Positions 30,753-50,357 of a stretch of DNA of 64,000 nt are shown here, piece by piece; positions within the stretch are counted from its first letter, which is position 1; each line of letters begins with the position of its first letter. A model generated the notes under the pieces. That model saw nothing but the letters and a program-made list of their open reading frames with translations. It searched no databases and was not told where the DNA came from. The DNA lies in NCBI RefSeq assembly GCF_009914755.1, contig NC_060927.1; one strand, written 5' to 3'. This DNA is from the human T2T-CHM13v2.0 reference genome, Homo sapiens. The translations under genes and the position numbers were made by a program.

Positions 30753-31449
30753 AATGGCTTAATCAGGTAAGGGTTTGGTTTCTCCCATAATAATAGTTTG
30801 AATTAGGTAGGCATCTGCTGGCTTCAGGCCAGTGTTCCTGCTTTATTTTGGGCATGCCATTGTGGCCTCGCAATCACTGCAGCCACTGCAATCATCACAT
30901 CTGCAGTCAGCAAGGAGAAAGGTGGAGTGGCAGCACCTCTAGCAAGAAAACCAAAACACTCTGTGAGCCTCACAGCAGCCTTCTCTTGGGTCTCATTGAC
31001 CACACAGCTGGAGCATGTGGCATCCCTGGAAGGGAGCTTAGAGAGAAAAAGTTGGGGAAGAATATTGGGTCAGCCACCATGATCATGTGCCTGCCACAGA
31101 GGCCCAACATAGGCCCCAGAGGAAGACCCTGATATTGGCATTTCAAGCCCCCGCGGATGCTATGTTGGGTAGTTAATTAAACCTGGCCCCGCTGTGCCTC
31201 CAACAGAAGCTTCCTGGTGCTTCTGGGTGATCAAGTCTCGGTGTACTCCATCGAAGTCTCTCAGGATGCTTTCTAATAGCTCAGCCTGGTGCAACATAGC
31301 ATACAAATTAGACAGTTCATTTCTCAGAAAAGTATTTGTATTTTCTTTGGAGAGCTGACTATGTATTTGGAGAGGAAATGGCTTGTTGTTTGCCTGCCCT
31401 ATCAGGTGCTTTTACTTGTGTCCTCTTGTTTAAGCTTCCCAATGGCCTT

Positions 31450-32012
31450 GCGTGTGTGGTGGATGTTCTCACAGGCATTGGGGTGGGTCTCCCTCTGTCT
31501 GCTCTACTCTCCTCTGTTGTGGCAGCCATGGGATTTGGGATGTGGACACCAGGCCCACAGGGTGGGCCTGATTAATCTAAGCCAGTCAGAGTAATCTCAT
31601 TACCTTGGTAGTCATTGGTGCAGAAATGAGCTTGTAACCAATCTGGCGCAATGAGATTCAGGGGAAGGTTGCTGGGCTTCTGGGAACCTGTTTGCTTGGG
31701 CTAGAGAAAAAGCCACAGGAAGAGCAGTTTGTGTCTTCAGCTAAATGTGAACGGGAAAACCAGGAGCCCTAATTGCTGTGGCTGTATCCTGTGACCCTGA
31801 GAGCAGCCCTGTTTAGAACAGATCCAACACTGGATGGCAGCCTTGGAGTCAGAAAGAGCCTGGGTCCTTGAGGACATCACTGAGAAGCTGGACCAACCAT
31901 CCTGATGACCTCACAATCTGTAGACGCCCAGATATGTGAGCCCATCTGTTTCCTTATGTGAAAGTTAATGTGGTTGGATTTTCTCTTACACTGAAAGCAT
32001 CTAACTGCTCCA
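31450..32012 (+). mobile_element. MLT1K-like LTR
   Basis: CTAAGCCAGTCAG..CCTGGGTCCTTGAGGACATCACTGAG..GAAAGCATCTAACTG. Confidence 0.7.
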
Positions 32013-32014
32013 GG

Positions 32015-32140
32015 TGTTATGCCCGTTTTCAGTTGAGGAAGCTGATATCCAGAGAGATGGAGTAACTTGCCCAAGGTCGCACAGCTTGTGTGGCAGAGCT
32101 GGGCTCGGGACCAAGGTCTGACTGTTGGCTCCACACCCTG
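32015..32140 (-). mobile_element. MIR
   Basis: AGTAACTTGCCCAAGGTCGCACAGC..GGCAGAGCTGGG. Confidence 0.8.
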
Positions 32141-34356
32141 CAATTAATCTGCTGTTCACTGGGAGAGGTGATTCGTGTATTTCAAGATTATAAGAACAGC
32201 TCAGACATGCTTAACTTACTAAGAAACTGGTATTGGACTTTTCACACTTTCTCTGAGTTCAGAGCTGGGCCATTTCCTGTGTAACAGGGATCTCCAGAAT
32301 ATCAAAAGACTTCACAAATCACAGTGGTGCCAAAGAAGACAGATTTAATACTGGTTTTCAGGATGACATCAGTTCTTTTTCTCCATTTTTAAAAGTAGGC
32401 AGTAATGATGACAGCATATAAAACAAATATATACCAGGTCGTAGCTTCCAATTTCCTCTTATCAGAATTGACAAATGTCCCACACCGTGCAGGAAGAGTG
32501 CAGTTAAGAAGGGGCACAGAGTTATCTGTGAGTTTTCATTACTTTTGTTCATTATACTGCTGCATTCCCAATCTTTTCACCCTCAATCCTGTGGGTTAAA
32601 GGACTGCAAATGCAGCAGTGTAATGAGCAAAAGTCTAAGAACTTTTTCTGGAACAACTTAAAGTCTCAGAATTGGACAGAATTTGGAGGACAGCTGGTTT
32701 AGTCCCTCCCCCGTGGCAGGCAGGAGTCCCTCCCAGAGCACCCCCTGCTAGGCAGCCATTTAGCTTTCCCTAGAAAACGCTCTGGAGAGGAGTCACTCTT
32801 TTCTACTCTCCTTGCTAGGAAGCTCCTCATATTGCACTGACTTCGTGCTTATGTATTGTTATAAACCAAGTCACTGTTCTTCAGAGCAGAATGGATACCA
32901 GCTCATTAAAAGACAAATGGCGACAAATTATCTTTGTGACTGTGTTCTCTTCCCAAGGTGATCTGATGAGCCATCAGTAATAGATACCCCCCAATAGGGT
33001 GACCAAGCCTACTTACCCCTTTACCCCTTAACTCACTCTAGGTAGAAATGGGATACACATCCTGTCTGTGAATTTGATGTAACCCAGGAGAGAGACAAGG
33101 GGTAACTTCAAGGTTTTATGTAGCTGAAAGATGACCTTCAGGCGGGGGATGACTTTGTTTTTTGCCTTATTTTATTTTATTTTATTTCAAAATCACACAT
33201 TTGTTTAGCTCTAAGAGTTAAATACCACTACAAAGCTAATAATGAAAAACAGCAGTCTCTACCTATGGTCTCCCTGTCTTTACATCTTCCTCTCCAGAGG
33301 CAACCCCTTGCAAGTCTTCTGGCCATTTCTTCTGGTGTTTATACTTAAATTTCTCAATAATGTGTTGATACTGTTATTTCTTGATTTTTCAGTTTTAGGT
33401 ATAATCCAATTTCTTCCTATCACAGAAAATGAGGATTGAGCATGGCTTCACCTTCCTTTCCCTGGTGCTGCTCCTGACCCCCAACCCCCACCACTCACAT
33501 GCAAACTTCCTCTTCTATCTTCCCAATATAGTTGCATCATAGTTTTTGGTTGAGTCAACATGTATTATTTAGATTTATATGATGATGTAGATCTTGCTCA
33601 CAGCTGAGCCATGCAATGAAATCCAGAAAGAATAAAGAGGCATGACTGACCTACTTAACAGAGAAAACACACATGTGACCTGAGGTGCCAAAGCCCTCCC
33701 TGGAGTGTTCCACACCAACTAATTCAGACTGCGGGGAAAGGATTGCTGAAGGTTACTTGTTCTGTGCCTGCCAGGTTGAAGCAAGACCAACTGCTGAAGG
33801 GGTGGGCGAGGTTTGCCTCCCTTCCTAAGGAGGTGGAAGTGTGAAGATTTTGCACACTGGACAAATAAAGAGATGAAAACAAGGGTGAACTCAAGACAGC
33901 AAAACAAAGCCATAAACCAGCCCCTACCCGTGTGGGAACCTTGCTGAAGAGTTTGATGTTTTTCCTTTTTCCTTTGCACTCTGGGAACAGTCATATGAAG
34001 CATCCTGTTTAAATACTTTTCTCCTTTGAAGCAATACCCTCTAGTTACTCATGACCCTTCAGTGATTCACAAACCATCTTGTGCTTCCTATGAGTTGATG
34101 TAGGGTGGGCTGGGGACCAGGCAGTAAGAGAAGCCTGGCGTCTCCACATCACCACTCTGCAAGCTTCCGTTTTCTCCAGAGTGTTCTGAGTCTGTCCTCC
34201 CCAACCCCTCCCTGTCGGGCTAGGCCATTTTGCCTGCTGTCCCTCCACCAGCATTGACAAGCCCTAGGGGCACCACTGCTTAGGGGAAGGGCAGCTTCTG
34301 CATGTGGCCCTCTCCTGGAGAAAAAACATGCTGATTTTGTTTTTAAAATAAATGTT

Positions 34357-36357
<2,001 letters not shown>

Positions 36358-37268
36358 AAAAAATCTAATAATTAAAATTAAAATTAAAATTTGCAACTTG
36401 TCCAGAGATTAGGAATTAAAACCCAAACTTAAGTATCTTAAAATTTCTATCTAATACAATGGAACCAATCTTTAAGATACTCTCATTTATTAAATTTCTC
36501 CATCTGTGTTTGTATGATACTGCTTGTGTGTCTAGAATTTTTACTTCTGCCCAAAGAAATTTTGCTTATTGTTGCTAAGTTTTTAGAACACCGTCCCTTG
36601 ATGGGGAAAAATAAATCTATAGGGATTTAACTAGAAGTCCTACTTCAGAGATTACTTTTCAAGATGTGTAGAAAGAAGAGGGCCAAGGAAAACCTCACTG
36701 ACCTTTTCCCCCAGCAATGAAAATGTTCAAGTTTCTTAAAATAAAAAGCAAGCACCTGAGTGTTATTTATAATTTCAAACGTTCAGTTTCAGTTTCTAAT
36801 CCACCAAGTCCTCCACCTCCAAAGCTCACAGTGACTTTCCTAAGCAGCTTCATTTCACACGGTTCCCTGTTGTCTGCTTTCTTTTATGGGTCTGTAAACT
36901 CTAGAAGATTCAGTTATGCAAAGGAGGTTACAAATGCTGTCTTTAAAGGAGGGGAGAAGCAGAAGGGTAAGTGGAAAAAGCCAAATGAGCCACCAGGGCT
37001 GCTTCCTGAGAAAGCTGACCTCCCTCTTGTCTTCATTGGAGGGTAAGTCCTCAGTTGACACTGTCAATAGGTCTTTGGAAACTGCAACTTTAAGCGGAAT
37101 GACATAGGACAGATCAATTTTACTGAAGGCTAACTGATACAAACAAGAGTTAAGTTCCCTTGGCACGTTTCTGATCACAAAAACATTAAACTTCTAAATA
37201 AAGATCAAAACACTTCTAATTTTAAACCTTAAACTAAATGTGAGCTAAGGTACATTTAAGAAAGAATA

Positions 37269-37430
37269 GGCCCAGCATGGTGGCTCATGTCTGTAATCTT
37301 AGCACTTTGGGAGGCCGAAGCATGATGATCGCTGGAGGCCAGGAGTTCAAGACCAGCCTGGGCAACATAGGAAGACCTCATGTCTACAAAAATAAAAAAT
37401 AGCCACGTGGCAACATGTGCCTGGACTACG
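37269..37430 (+). mobile_element. 3'-deleted AluJ-type
   Basis: Left arm, linker and start of right arm; no tail. Confidence 0.85.
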
Positions 37431-38087
37431 TGAGTTATATCTTATGACTTTCAAGTAATTCTTTGAGAGCAAGGCATGAAGGAATTGGAATCAATAGGAA
37501 TTGGCAGAATTGGGGGAAGGGTTTGAAAAGGAATTTGGGACAGGACTAAGGCTACCTTTATTAAATGTCTGTTATCTTGTTCATTGTGGAATTTTTTAAA
37601 TATCAATTTTGATTGGATTACGATGCTATATTTTTTAATTACTGAGTTTTGTTTGTTTGTTTGTTTTTGTTTTTGGCAAGCCCTTAAATTTTGTTTGCAT
37701 TTAATACAAGGCCTGGAAACCAGAGAAGATGACCAATTTCAAAACCAGAGAAGCAACCCTAATATGAAGTTCCAAATGGTGTGGCAGGAAGGTAGCAAGA
37801 CACCTGGGGCAGATAACAACGGTTTGAGCACCTGCTCTGTGGCAAGCTGCCTGAAGGGACTTGACACACACTTGCAGACAGTTCTCAGAAAAGTTCAATA
37901 AATTGCCCAAGGCCAAAGAGCTAGTAAGTTGTGAGCTTGGATTTGAAGCTGATTTTTCTCTTCATTGCAAAGCCCTGGGCAACAGTCTTTTTGCCATGAA
38001 TCGGGAATAAACAGGAGAGAGCATGGAGATGGCAACAGACTCAATTTATGAATGAAATTCTATTTTATTACTTTTAAATACAGATAA

Positions 38088-38232
38088 GGCCAGGCATGAT
38101 GGCTTACACTTGTAATCCTAGAACTTTGGGAGGCTGAGGCAAGAGAATTGCTTGAGGTTAGGAGTTCAAGATCACCTTGGACAACACGGGGGGTTGGTTG
38201 GGGAGGGGGAAGAAAGAAAGTGAAAGAAAAAT
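38088..38232 (+). mobile_element. Alu left-arm fragment with G-rich/A-rich tail
   Basis: Flanked by AAATACA(G/A)ATAA direct repeats. Confidence 0.8.
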
Positions 38233-38309
38233 AAATACAAATAAATACCAAAAGAGACCAGTACACTCTCCAGGGGCAAATAATGAATAATATTTCAAAT
38301 CACTATCTT

Positions 38310-39040
<731 letters not shown>

Positions 39041-39159
39041 GTTTTCAGTATCTTAAAGTTCCCATGTACACAAGTAGCACATTTTTAGACCACTTGGATG
39101 TGATTTGAAATTATGTGTTCTCCCTAAACTCATGATTACCCTTATATAGCAGGGGCAAT

Positions 39160-39480
39160 GCTATGCGTTCACCTAACCCTGCGTCCCATTACTTCTTCCT
39201 GGGAAGATGGAAAATACACGTCTCAGCCCCTTTGCACATAGGCAGGGCCATGTGCAAATTTCCGGTTTCTCTCTTCCCCTTAGGTGGGGGAGTGCGGGCC
39301 ATGACTGAGCTGGTAGAAGCGCTGGGTGGAAACAGGTAGGGCCGCTGAGCCACCAGATGGAAGCAGCCACCTTGGAAAGCACTGGCCTGCCGTGGACTTC
39401 ATGCCCAAGAGAAGTAACCTTTTCTGTGATTTGGGGCTGGTTGTTACTGCAGCACAAGCCTAGCCTTTTCTGACTAACAC
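39160..39480 (+). mobile_element. Old MLT1 (J-like) LTR
   Basis: Ends TGTTACTGCAGCACAAGCCTAGCC..CTGACTAACACA. Confidence 0.6.
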
Positions 39481-40489
39481 ACCTTAGCTTAGCAAACCCT
39501 TTCTTTATGAACACAACAAGAAGGCATTCCTGGCTGAATTTCTACCAAAGCTGAATGGAATGCAAATTAATGAAGCTTTTACTATTTAGAATTGTCTAAA
39601 AATGTAACTAATACTGTACAGCTACAGACTTCCCTTTGGTGCATGGAAAAGCAATATAAGTATTCGGAAGAGGTGAATGGGAAAAAAACATTTATTACTC
39701 TTCATCATGTACCAGCAACTCACCTCCATCCACTTCTTTAATCATCACAACAACTCTAAGGAGATATTATAGCTTCATTTGTACTAAGGAAAAAACTGAG
39801 ACATGAAGAGGTTCCCAGGGATACACAGCTGGTAGGTAGCAGATTTGGAATTAAAATCTAGGTCTGCCTAACTGCCAACTGCCTGTTTATCCCATCAGAT
39901 GGGGAAATGCAGAAAGAGGTGAGCAAAAGAGCCCCTATGGAACAGCTATCCACTCTTCACTACATGCTAAGGCCATTAGCAAAAGGAGAAAGGGGAGGTT
40001 CAGGCAGGGACGGTCTGAAAAGCAGGTGGACAGCCCCAGCTATGGACAGGTGGTCACGGCACACAGCCAGAGTCCACCCGTTTGTGGCCAAGCTGACTCA
40101 GTGAGGTGGAGGGTGGGCTGGTGGAAAGAGGAGGGCTCGCAGCCAGAGTTTGGGGCTCAAGAACTATCCCTCAGGTGTTTGTGGCCTCAGACAAAGGCAA
40201 TTAACCTCTTCACGTCTCAATTCCCCAAGTTGAAAGTAGGAATAATGAATAGAAAACAGACAGAAAACTCTAATACTATGTAAGTTCAGGCCTGTCCCAG
40301 TCTCCTCTGCCTTGGCACACACCCTAGGTGACATTTGCAAGATTAGTGTAGATAAGATAGGTGTGAGAAATGATCTCCTGGCTCCTCTCAAAAAGGCATA
40401 TTGGCAAAGTGTTCTCTGTTCCAACTACTTTTCAAGTACAGCTTGTACAAACCTCAGGTCTCCACCTGTGATTAACAAGAAGACACTTG

Positions 40490-40923
<434 letters not shown>

Positions 40924-42779
40924 CTACTGGCTCAAGACCCTCTGAGACTGAGAACCACTTGATTCTAACTCTCGTCTCCTTGTCAAACTTCTCTCCCTAA
41001 GAATAAAGGAAGGGTAATTGGGCCAGCTATGAAGTCGCTCACATACTCTAAGAATTTGCCCATTTCTGCAGAGGAGGCAACCCAGAGAATGCTGGGAGGG
41101 AACATTCTTTTTGTCAGCCATAAAGAGGCCCAACTCATCTGCCCTGTGAGGTTCCCCAGCCCAGGATTTAGGAACTGAGCTAAACATATTACAATTAGCA
41201 ATTCAACATCTTGCGTTTACAGAAATCAAGCCATAGCTATGTGATGAAATATTAAATATATGAAATGGCCACCTGTGTAGGTTCAAAATAGTTCATTCTA
41301 ATATATTTTATCATTTGACAGATTCCAGAAAGGAACATGTTCTCTTACTAACTTAATACTTCTTTCCTTATTCTTCCCTGTTTTTTTTCTTTAAAAACAT
41401 CAGATCTGAGCAAAAAGATGGAAGATGAAATATATCTATTAAGTAAAATTAAAACTCAACCTTTAAAGTTTTATCTTCTTAAACAATAAATAAAATGTAA
41501 TTTTTTGCATACTAGATGTATGGAACTCCGCTAAGTATTGAGACTAGGAGACGGTGTATACAACCATAGCACTTATTTTGTCAGTGAGAAAATATATTTT
41601 AAAAAGGACTGTTCAATTGCTCGCATGAAATAATCTGAAAAAATTATGAGAAACCAAAACGAAGCATCACCCCCCAACACACACAACAAACCCCACTCTG
41701 AACTATCTGTAATAGAACTAAAGATATTTAATTATGTGATAGAGGTCCTAGTCTTTGGGTTTTATTATTGGGTATTATGCCCCATAGAAACAAATCATTG
41801 GTCAATTACAAATGTATTGAAGCATAAAATACTTTATTAAGGCTGTGATTACTCAAGTGTGGTTTCTGAAGATGCCTGCACCTTGCTGGGTTCATTTTCA
41901 CTGGCTTTAACTTCATCCTCCATGGCGCTTCTAATCTATGCAAATGGTTAGCATATCCATGTACTTAATAACAAATTACTGGATCTATTACATACTTAAG
42001 TCTTTGGCTATGACCATGTAATTAGATCCCTGGGTGCTTTAAAGGAGAGGAGCTTCATATAAATAGAGAGAAAACAATAAACACGCATGAGTTGGCCTGC
42101 CCATATGTTTTACATTTATAACCCCCAGTGCTGGTGCCCAGCAGGCACTCAAGGAACACGGGTGTTGGTGAGAGGGGTTTTATTGGGGGGCATTATTGAA
42201 TTCACCAAGCCTGGCTGTAAGTCAGCATAAAAAGGTTTTAAGTATAAGTTGATGACATTAAAGAAAAAAAAAAAAACTCTAAGGTAAAAGAAATAACAGA
42301 ATAATTTTATATAAGCTATTATAAAAACCGTAATCACAAACTTCTAGATGTAAGAAAAACAAGTTTAGGCCTATATGCAATTACTAAATGGAAAAGAAGG
42401 AAGGAAGAGAAACGAAACGACACTGTTAGCTGTTGACAGACTAGAGGAAGTGAAGCTCTCGGCTACTTGATATAAATAAACGTTCATTGAACACAAGAGG
42501 TTGTGGATGATGCCACCCCTGTTAGGCATTGAAGCAGAGGTGCCCCTTGGGGTCAAGTCCCCAGCTGTGGTGTCACTCCTCGTGTTCAGCAGCCGTCCTA
42601 GAGCAAATGTCCACCTCGTACCACTTCAGATTTTCTCCTCCCTTTGTTTTATCTTTCTTCTTCCCTTTCCTTTCTTTTTCTCCTAAGCAATCTTTAAAAT
42701 AATTTTAAAATCCTATAAACATTCTAAATTGAATTCCTCAGGCAAGCCTCAAACTTGATCTTCATTGTTCCTTTTCAAA

Positions 42780-44030
42780 GTTCCAGAGTTTAATACTTTC
42801 TATTGGTTTGAAAAAAAATTCTAAACACAACACACTAAAAACGCAGCATGCCCACCACCCAGAATGAACAAAGATTGACATTTTGTTATTAAAAAAAAAT
42901 TAGAAAGCAAGAGAATATTACAGATACAATGAAAGGCTCTTTTGTCCCTGACTTAATCTCATTCTCTTCTCTCCCTAAGACATGCATGATCACTAAGCTA
43001 GTGTGTCCCTCCCGTTCTTGTTCTGTGCTTCTACTAAGTGCACATGTGTCATAAACTGCAGTGTGGCTGGGTTATTACTTTACAGTTACAGGAATGTATA
43101 CCCATCTGTAAGTTGCTGTTTTCACTCAGCACTGAGCTTGGGCCATGTGTGTGCATAGAGACAGCATTCACTCCCATGTTTCACCCTATGAACATTCCTC
43201 AGCGTATTTATTCCCATCTTGATGGCAGTTCAGGTTGTTTCCAATTTGCTGACATTTCAAATGACACTGCGATTTTGTAGAGTGCACGTGGATTCCACTT
43301 TTGTATGTGTAGCCAAATTGCTCTGCAAAGTGATGGCAACCAGTTGACCCTCCCACTAGCAGCTCCTGTATAAGAGCTTCTGTGTCCCTGCATCCTCTCA
43401 GGCAGTCAATTTTGTCAGACTTTTTGATTTCTGATAATCCGATGGGAGCTCTTTGGGGTTTTAACCTTCATTTTCCTGATGACTAGGGAGGTTGAGCACA
43501 CGCTCTATGGGGGATGTTGGCCGTACTTACTCCGATGTGCCCTCTTTGTCCCTGTCCTTTTTTATTTTTCTAATGGAGTTAAAAAAATAATTTATAGTTC
43601 TTTGTATATTTTGAATATAATCTTTCATCTGTTTTATTTGTTGCAAACATCTCCTAGCCTGTCATCAGTCTTTTAACACTTTTATGATGTCTGCTACATA
43701 TATTTCCAGGTGGTTTTCATTTTGAACTCAGATGTATCCACTTTTTGAGTTCAGCTTTCTTTTGCATCCTGTCTAAGAAATCCTTGCCTGTCCCTAAGAT
43801 TAAATATTGTAAAGTTTTATATAGGTCTTCAGTCCATGAGGAATTTATTTCTATATGGTGGGCAAGGTGGAGACCTAATTTTATTGTATTTTTTCCATTT
43901 CAATAGCCAGCTGTCCTAATATCCTGATTTGTAGGGCCATTGCTATCACATCCCAAGTCCCAAATATAACTAGGATGGTTTCTGTGATCTTTATTCAGTC
44001 CTATTTATTGTATCTTTTTTCTATCTTTCT
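42780..44030 (-). mobile_element. Highly diverged L1ME-type fragment
   Basis: GGTTGTTTCCAATTT..CCAAATTGCTCTGCAAAG..TAAGAAATCCTTGCC. Confidence 0.7.
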
Positions 44031-44249
44031 ACCCGGTTTATCTACACAGCTGCCAGGATATAGTAAGTCTATGAAGTGGTTATTTGATTTAATCAAAATA
44101 TGCATGGAAGGCTATAAGTAATTTTTTGGTTTCATGAAAGAGCGCTGAGGAAGGTGAAGACTGCACTTCTCTTTGGATGGGGTTTAGTAAATGTTAAATG
44201 AAACCAAGAACCAGATAAGGAAGGGTTGGGGGTATGGGAGAAAAGAACT

Positions 44250-44800
44250 CAAATTTGTTGAGCACCTAAAACTGTGCCAAGCGTAATCTTGGCTTGTTGT
44301 GTTAATCATTTCATCTTCTGTGCTTTGAAATCAGTTTTATTTGTTCCCATTTTACAGATGAGAAAACAGGAGACGCAGAGGAATGAATAACTTGCTCAAA
44401 GTCATATAGTGAGTGGGTAGGAGGGTTGGGAATGACACTTAAGTCTGTCTATCCCCCAAAGACTTTGACATCTCTGCCACAAAAACTAAAGAATGTTTGG
44501 CTGGACAGAACATCTCATCTGGGATACTGATGCTTCTCGTCTAGGAGAAGTCACTTCACCCCAACTCATTTGAGTTTAGGGCTGGGAGTAGATGGTGGCC
44601 CTCAGCAGAGCTCAGGTTTGCTGACATCTGTTACAGTGCACCAGGCAGTTTACATACATCATCTAATTACCTCAACAACAGTCCTGCAAAGGAGAAATGA
44701 TTAGCCTACAATTTCAGACAAGGAGACTGGGCTACAGAGACAATAAGCATTTTCCCAAAGTCACACTGCTATGAAGGTGTATTTTCAGGGCCGCAGCTGG
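44250..44800 (-). mobile_element. Two MIR fragments
   Basis: CCCATTTTACAGATGAGAAAAC and TTTCAGACAAGGAGACTGGGC cores. Confidence 0.7.
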
Positions 44801-47800
44801 TCTATACACCTTCATGTACATTAGATTACAAAGTCAGCTCCTACTCCTTCCCCCTTACTCCTAGGGAAGTAAATGTTGAATGAAACCAAGCTCTACAGAG
44901 GCTTGACTGGCAGAGTGTAGGCTGGATTTCAACCTGCCGACTGAAATCCGTGCATGGAGGCTTGACCCTAGGTTGGTCTGACTCCAAAAGCTTGTTCCAT
45001 TTCTGGTACATCCCATTGTTTTAGACTAGTCCTCACAAACTTTTATGGTTCCACACCATTCAGTTGAGACAAAAGACTGTAATGGTCCACCCATTTCAAC
45101 CTTCCATGGAAGAGCAACTAGATAGTAACAAGAAGAGGTTGTTTACATGTAGATGTTTTATTTAGCTGTAGCTGTGGTTAACCACGATGCATACTAGGTC
45201 ATGAAATCTGTTTATTAGGAAAAAAAGTAAGTCAAAGTCGTGATGCCAAGTGTTTTCACAGCCGGACCTCTTAGGAGAGGACAAAATAGAGTTCTGTGCA
45301 TCCTCAAGTATGGTGCTAATTTTGTTTATAAATTCCTAGTAAGAAGACCTGAGTGGTACATAAAAATGGAAGTCGGTGAAGGAGTTGCATTTTTTAATTA
45401 GCTCACAGCCACCAGAGACCTCACTTTGAAAACCACTTCCTTAAACAAAAACAAAAGTCAGACCACACTGACTTTCTTTGAATTCCCAGTAGAAATCCTA
45501 GTATGGGAATATTCGGGAGCGTTTATTACCGAGTACATAGATGAGCTGTTCCCCATTCTTTCCAGATGTAGACACTTTTCTGAGCTGTGTCCACATGACA
45601 ATGGCTTGTCGAGGCACACAAACCACAGGCACAGATCTGAAATGATGGCAGCCCACTCGCTTATAGAGAAAGAGACAACCCGAATGTAGAACCGGAAGGA
45701 GCCATGAGAACTGGAATCGGATTATCCCATAAGAAATGATAAAACGGTTGTTATAGCCGTGCCAGAAATATGACCAACTAGAAAGAGTGGGGACAAATGA
45801 CTTGATGGAAGTTTTAGGGGAAAAAAAAATAGATTCCACGTGTCTTAAATCCAGATATTGTTCTCAAAAGACCATGTTTAATAGCTGAGTGAAGCAAAGA
45901 ACAAAATAATGCCCTTCAGGGAGAAATAGAGAACCTGAAACCAATAACAGCCTCCTCTACATTTATGGCTTTTCCTGACTGAGCAGCTATTGGCTCAAAC
46001 TTAATGGAGTTAAGGCATTTATTACCACATTTTCTTTTTACCTGGATTCTTGTTGGCCTCCTTAGCTAATTTTTTTTAGTTCAGTACCTGTCCTTCAGGC
46101 TATCTTTCCATAAAAAAGGCAGCAAAATGATGAACTTTTCTGCATTGTTCTGGGCAAAGAAATGACCACTTCATTTGCTTTTCGGAGAGGGGATCCTGTT
46201 TTTCTTTTTGTACAGTCCTCACTCTGACCAAGAGCGTGCAGCACCTGGATCTGGTGATTCAGATGTTCTGTGACCCCAGCTTCAGTCCTCAAGGATTCCT
46301 TTCTATTTGGACTGAGGGCCGTGGGTGTCTTTTCAGTGATGAGACTGAAAAGCAAAAACTCATTCTCAGTTTGCTGCTCTTGGTGTTCCTCTGGTTGCAT
46401 TTTCCAACTCCGTCTGTGACCCAGCTGTGTTCTCAACAATACCTCAACTTGATGGGGCTTGGCACTTGTTTCTTTTCGTCAATGGTGTGTTATGAATAAA
46501 GCTTGTAAAAGCTGCTTCCTTGGAAACTGTTAACATGGTCTCATCCCACAGGCCAAGTTTTGCAGCCCTTTGCTATCCTTATCTATAGTAGACCAACTCA
46601 AAGTTCCTAACTGCCTTTTATAAAAGAGCTTGGAACTCCATGGTTCCTGGCAATGAGTGCAAAAATTTGACATTTCTATTAGCAAGAAAATATGAGAAAA
46701 TATTTCTTGTTTTACCTTGCCCCTTCCCCTGAATTCCTGTCTTACCAAAGGAAAAAAAAAAAAAAAGAGTTAAAATCTAATGCATCTCAACTAATGTGGG
46801 CAACTAGCAGTTTTGCTTTTTTAGCCAAAGAACTCTACCCCCACTGCTGCCCATTAAGTAGTAAACAGGCCAAATAAGGAAATGATTAATCTTGCCAAGT
46901 TCACTCACCATAATTTGGTTGGCAAGCTTTAGCGAACATGGTATAATAGAATTTCAACACTGGAAGAGATTTGAAAAGTCATATAGTCCAACCATCCAAC
47001 GGATGCTTAAATGTCGTCCTCTGTGCAGCAGTGGCTCTGAATCCTGGCTGCACATCACAACATCACAATAACTGCAAACACTTGTTCAAAATAAAAGTCA
47101 TTGGGCCTCACTTCCGTGAGATTCTGATATAGTAGGCCTGGGATGGACCTGCTTATTTTGAATAACACCCAGGCGAATTGATGTAGCCACTCCACAGAAC
47201 AGTGCTGCAGCCTTTGGGGAACAGGCCAAGTATCAAAAGCCTTTGCTTGGTCTTCTGCAGCACCTGGTCCTCACTATCTTCCAAAGTATCCGAATTTGGG
47301 CAGCTCTGACTGTTGACAAAATGTGTCCTCAGTCTCCGTGGAAATATTTCTCCTTACAACTTCTACCTATTGACTCTACTGCTACCCCTTGGAATGACAC
47401 AGAGCCAGTCTAACCACCGGTGAGCCTTCAGGTATTGGAAGATGGCACTCATGGATCTCTTCTGAGATCTCCTCTCCAAACCCAACATCTTCCTACTCTT
47501 GTAAGAGCTCCCTTATGGCTGGTTCTGACCTTTTTCCCCAGTGGATTTCCTCTCCTGAGGATGGATCTGACTTCGGGATTTTAAATTCAGTAAATCTAAA
47601 TTCTAATGCAAGCTCTTCCTCTTACTAGCTGTATGGTTTGGGGCATGATAGTCAGCTTTTATGACCCTCCACTTAGTCATCTGTAAAGTGGAGATGATGC
47701 TACTGATTGCAGGGTTGATTGTGGGGCCAGCACAGAGCCTGTCACACAGCAGTTCCCCAGGTCAGTCTCCTTCCACCAAGTAGATATGTGAAAATATTAT

Positions 47801-47982
47801 ATATGTGGCTCACATTACATTTCTATTCAATAATGCTAATCAAAACATTATATTCCAAGAGAAAGTTGCTGTCCAAGACAGAGTCAGAGCAGAAATCTCA
47901 TGGAAGTCTTTGGAATTTCTGACAAAATTTCAGGGAGTGTGGAACAAGGGTTGAGCTGGTCATACCTACGCCAGTGATTCTT

Positions 47983-48455
<473 letters not shown>

Positions 48456-48657
48456 TCTTGACAGTGCTTCTCCTATCAGCCTTCCATGCTGGCTGTCCTG
48501 CATTCAAACATCCTGAGCACACAGCCCACAGCCCAGGGTCCTCCACGCTCCCTCCTGAAGTTATATGGTAGGTGTTCAGTTTTCCATAAAGCCGCCTTGA
48601 CACATGTAGCTTGCCTCCTATCCTCTGCCCCGAAGTTGTTGATGCTTGATTTATGGA

Positions 48658-50195
<1,538 letters not shown>

Positions 50196-50357
50196 TAGTT
50201 GTTTATAGTCAGCATCCCTTCTGATTGGGTGGTCTGTGCCATTTTTGAGCATTGCCTCTTGGAACAAGGTATAAGAAAGACAGAGCCCAGCTATAACTTT
50301 AGGAATGTCCGTACCCTCAGGAATATCTGTATCCTTAAGAAGGGCAACAGGGTTGCT

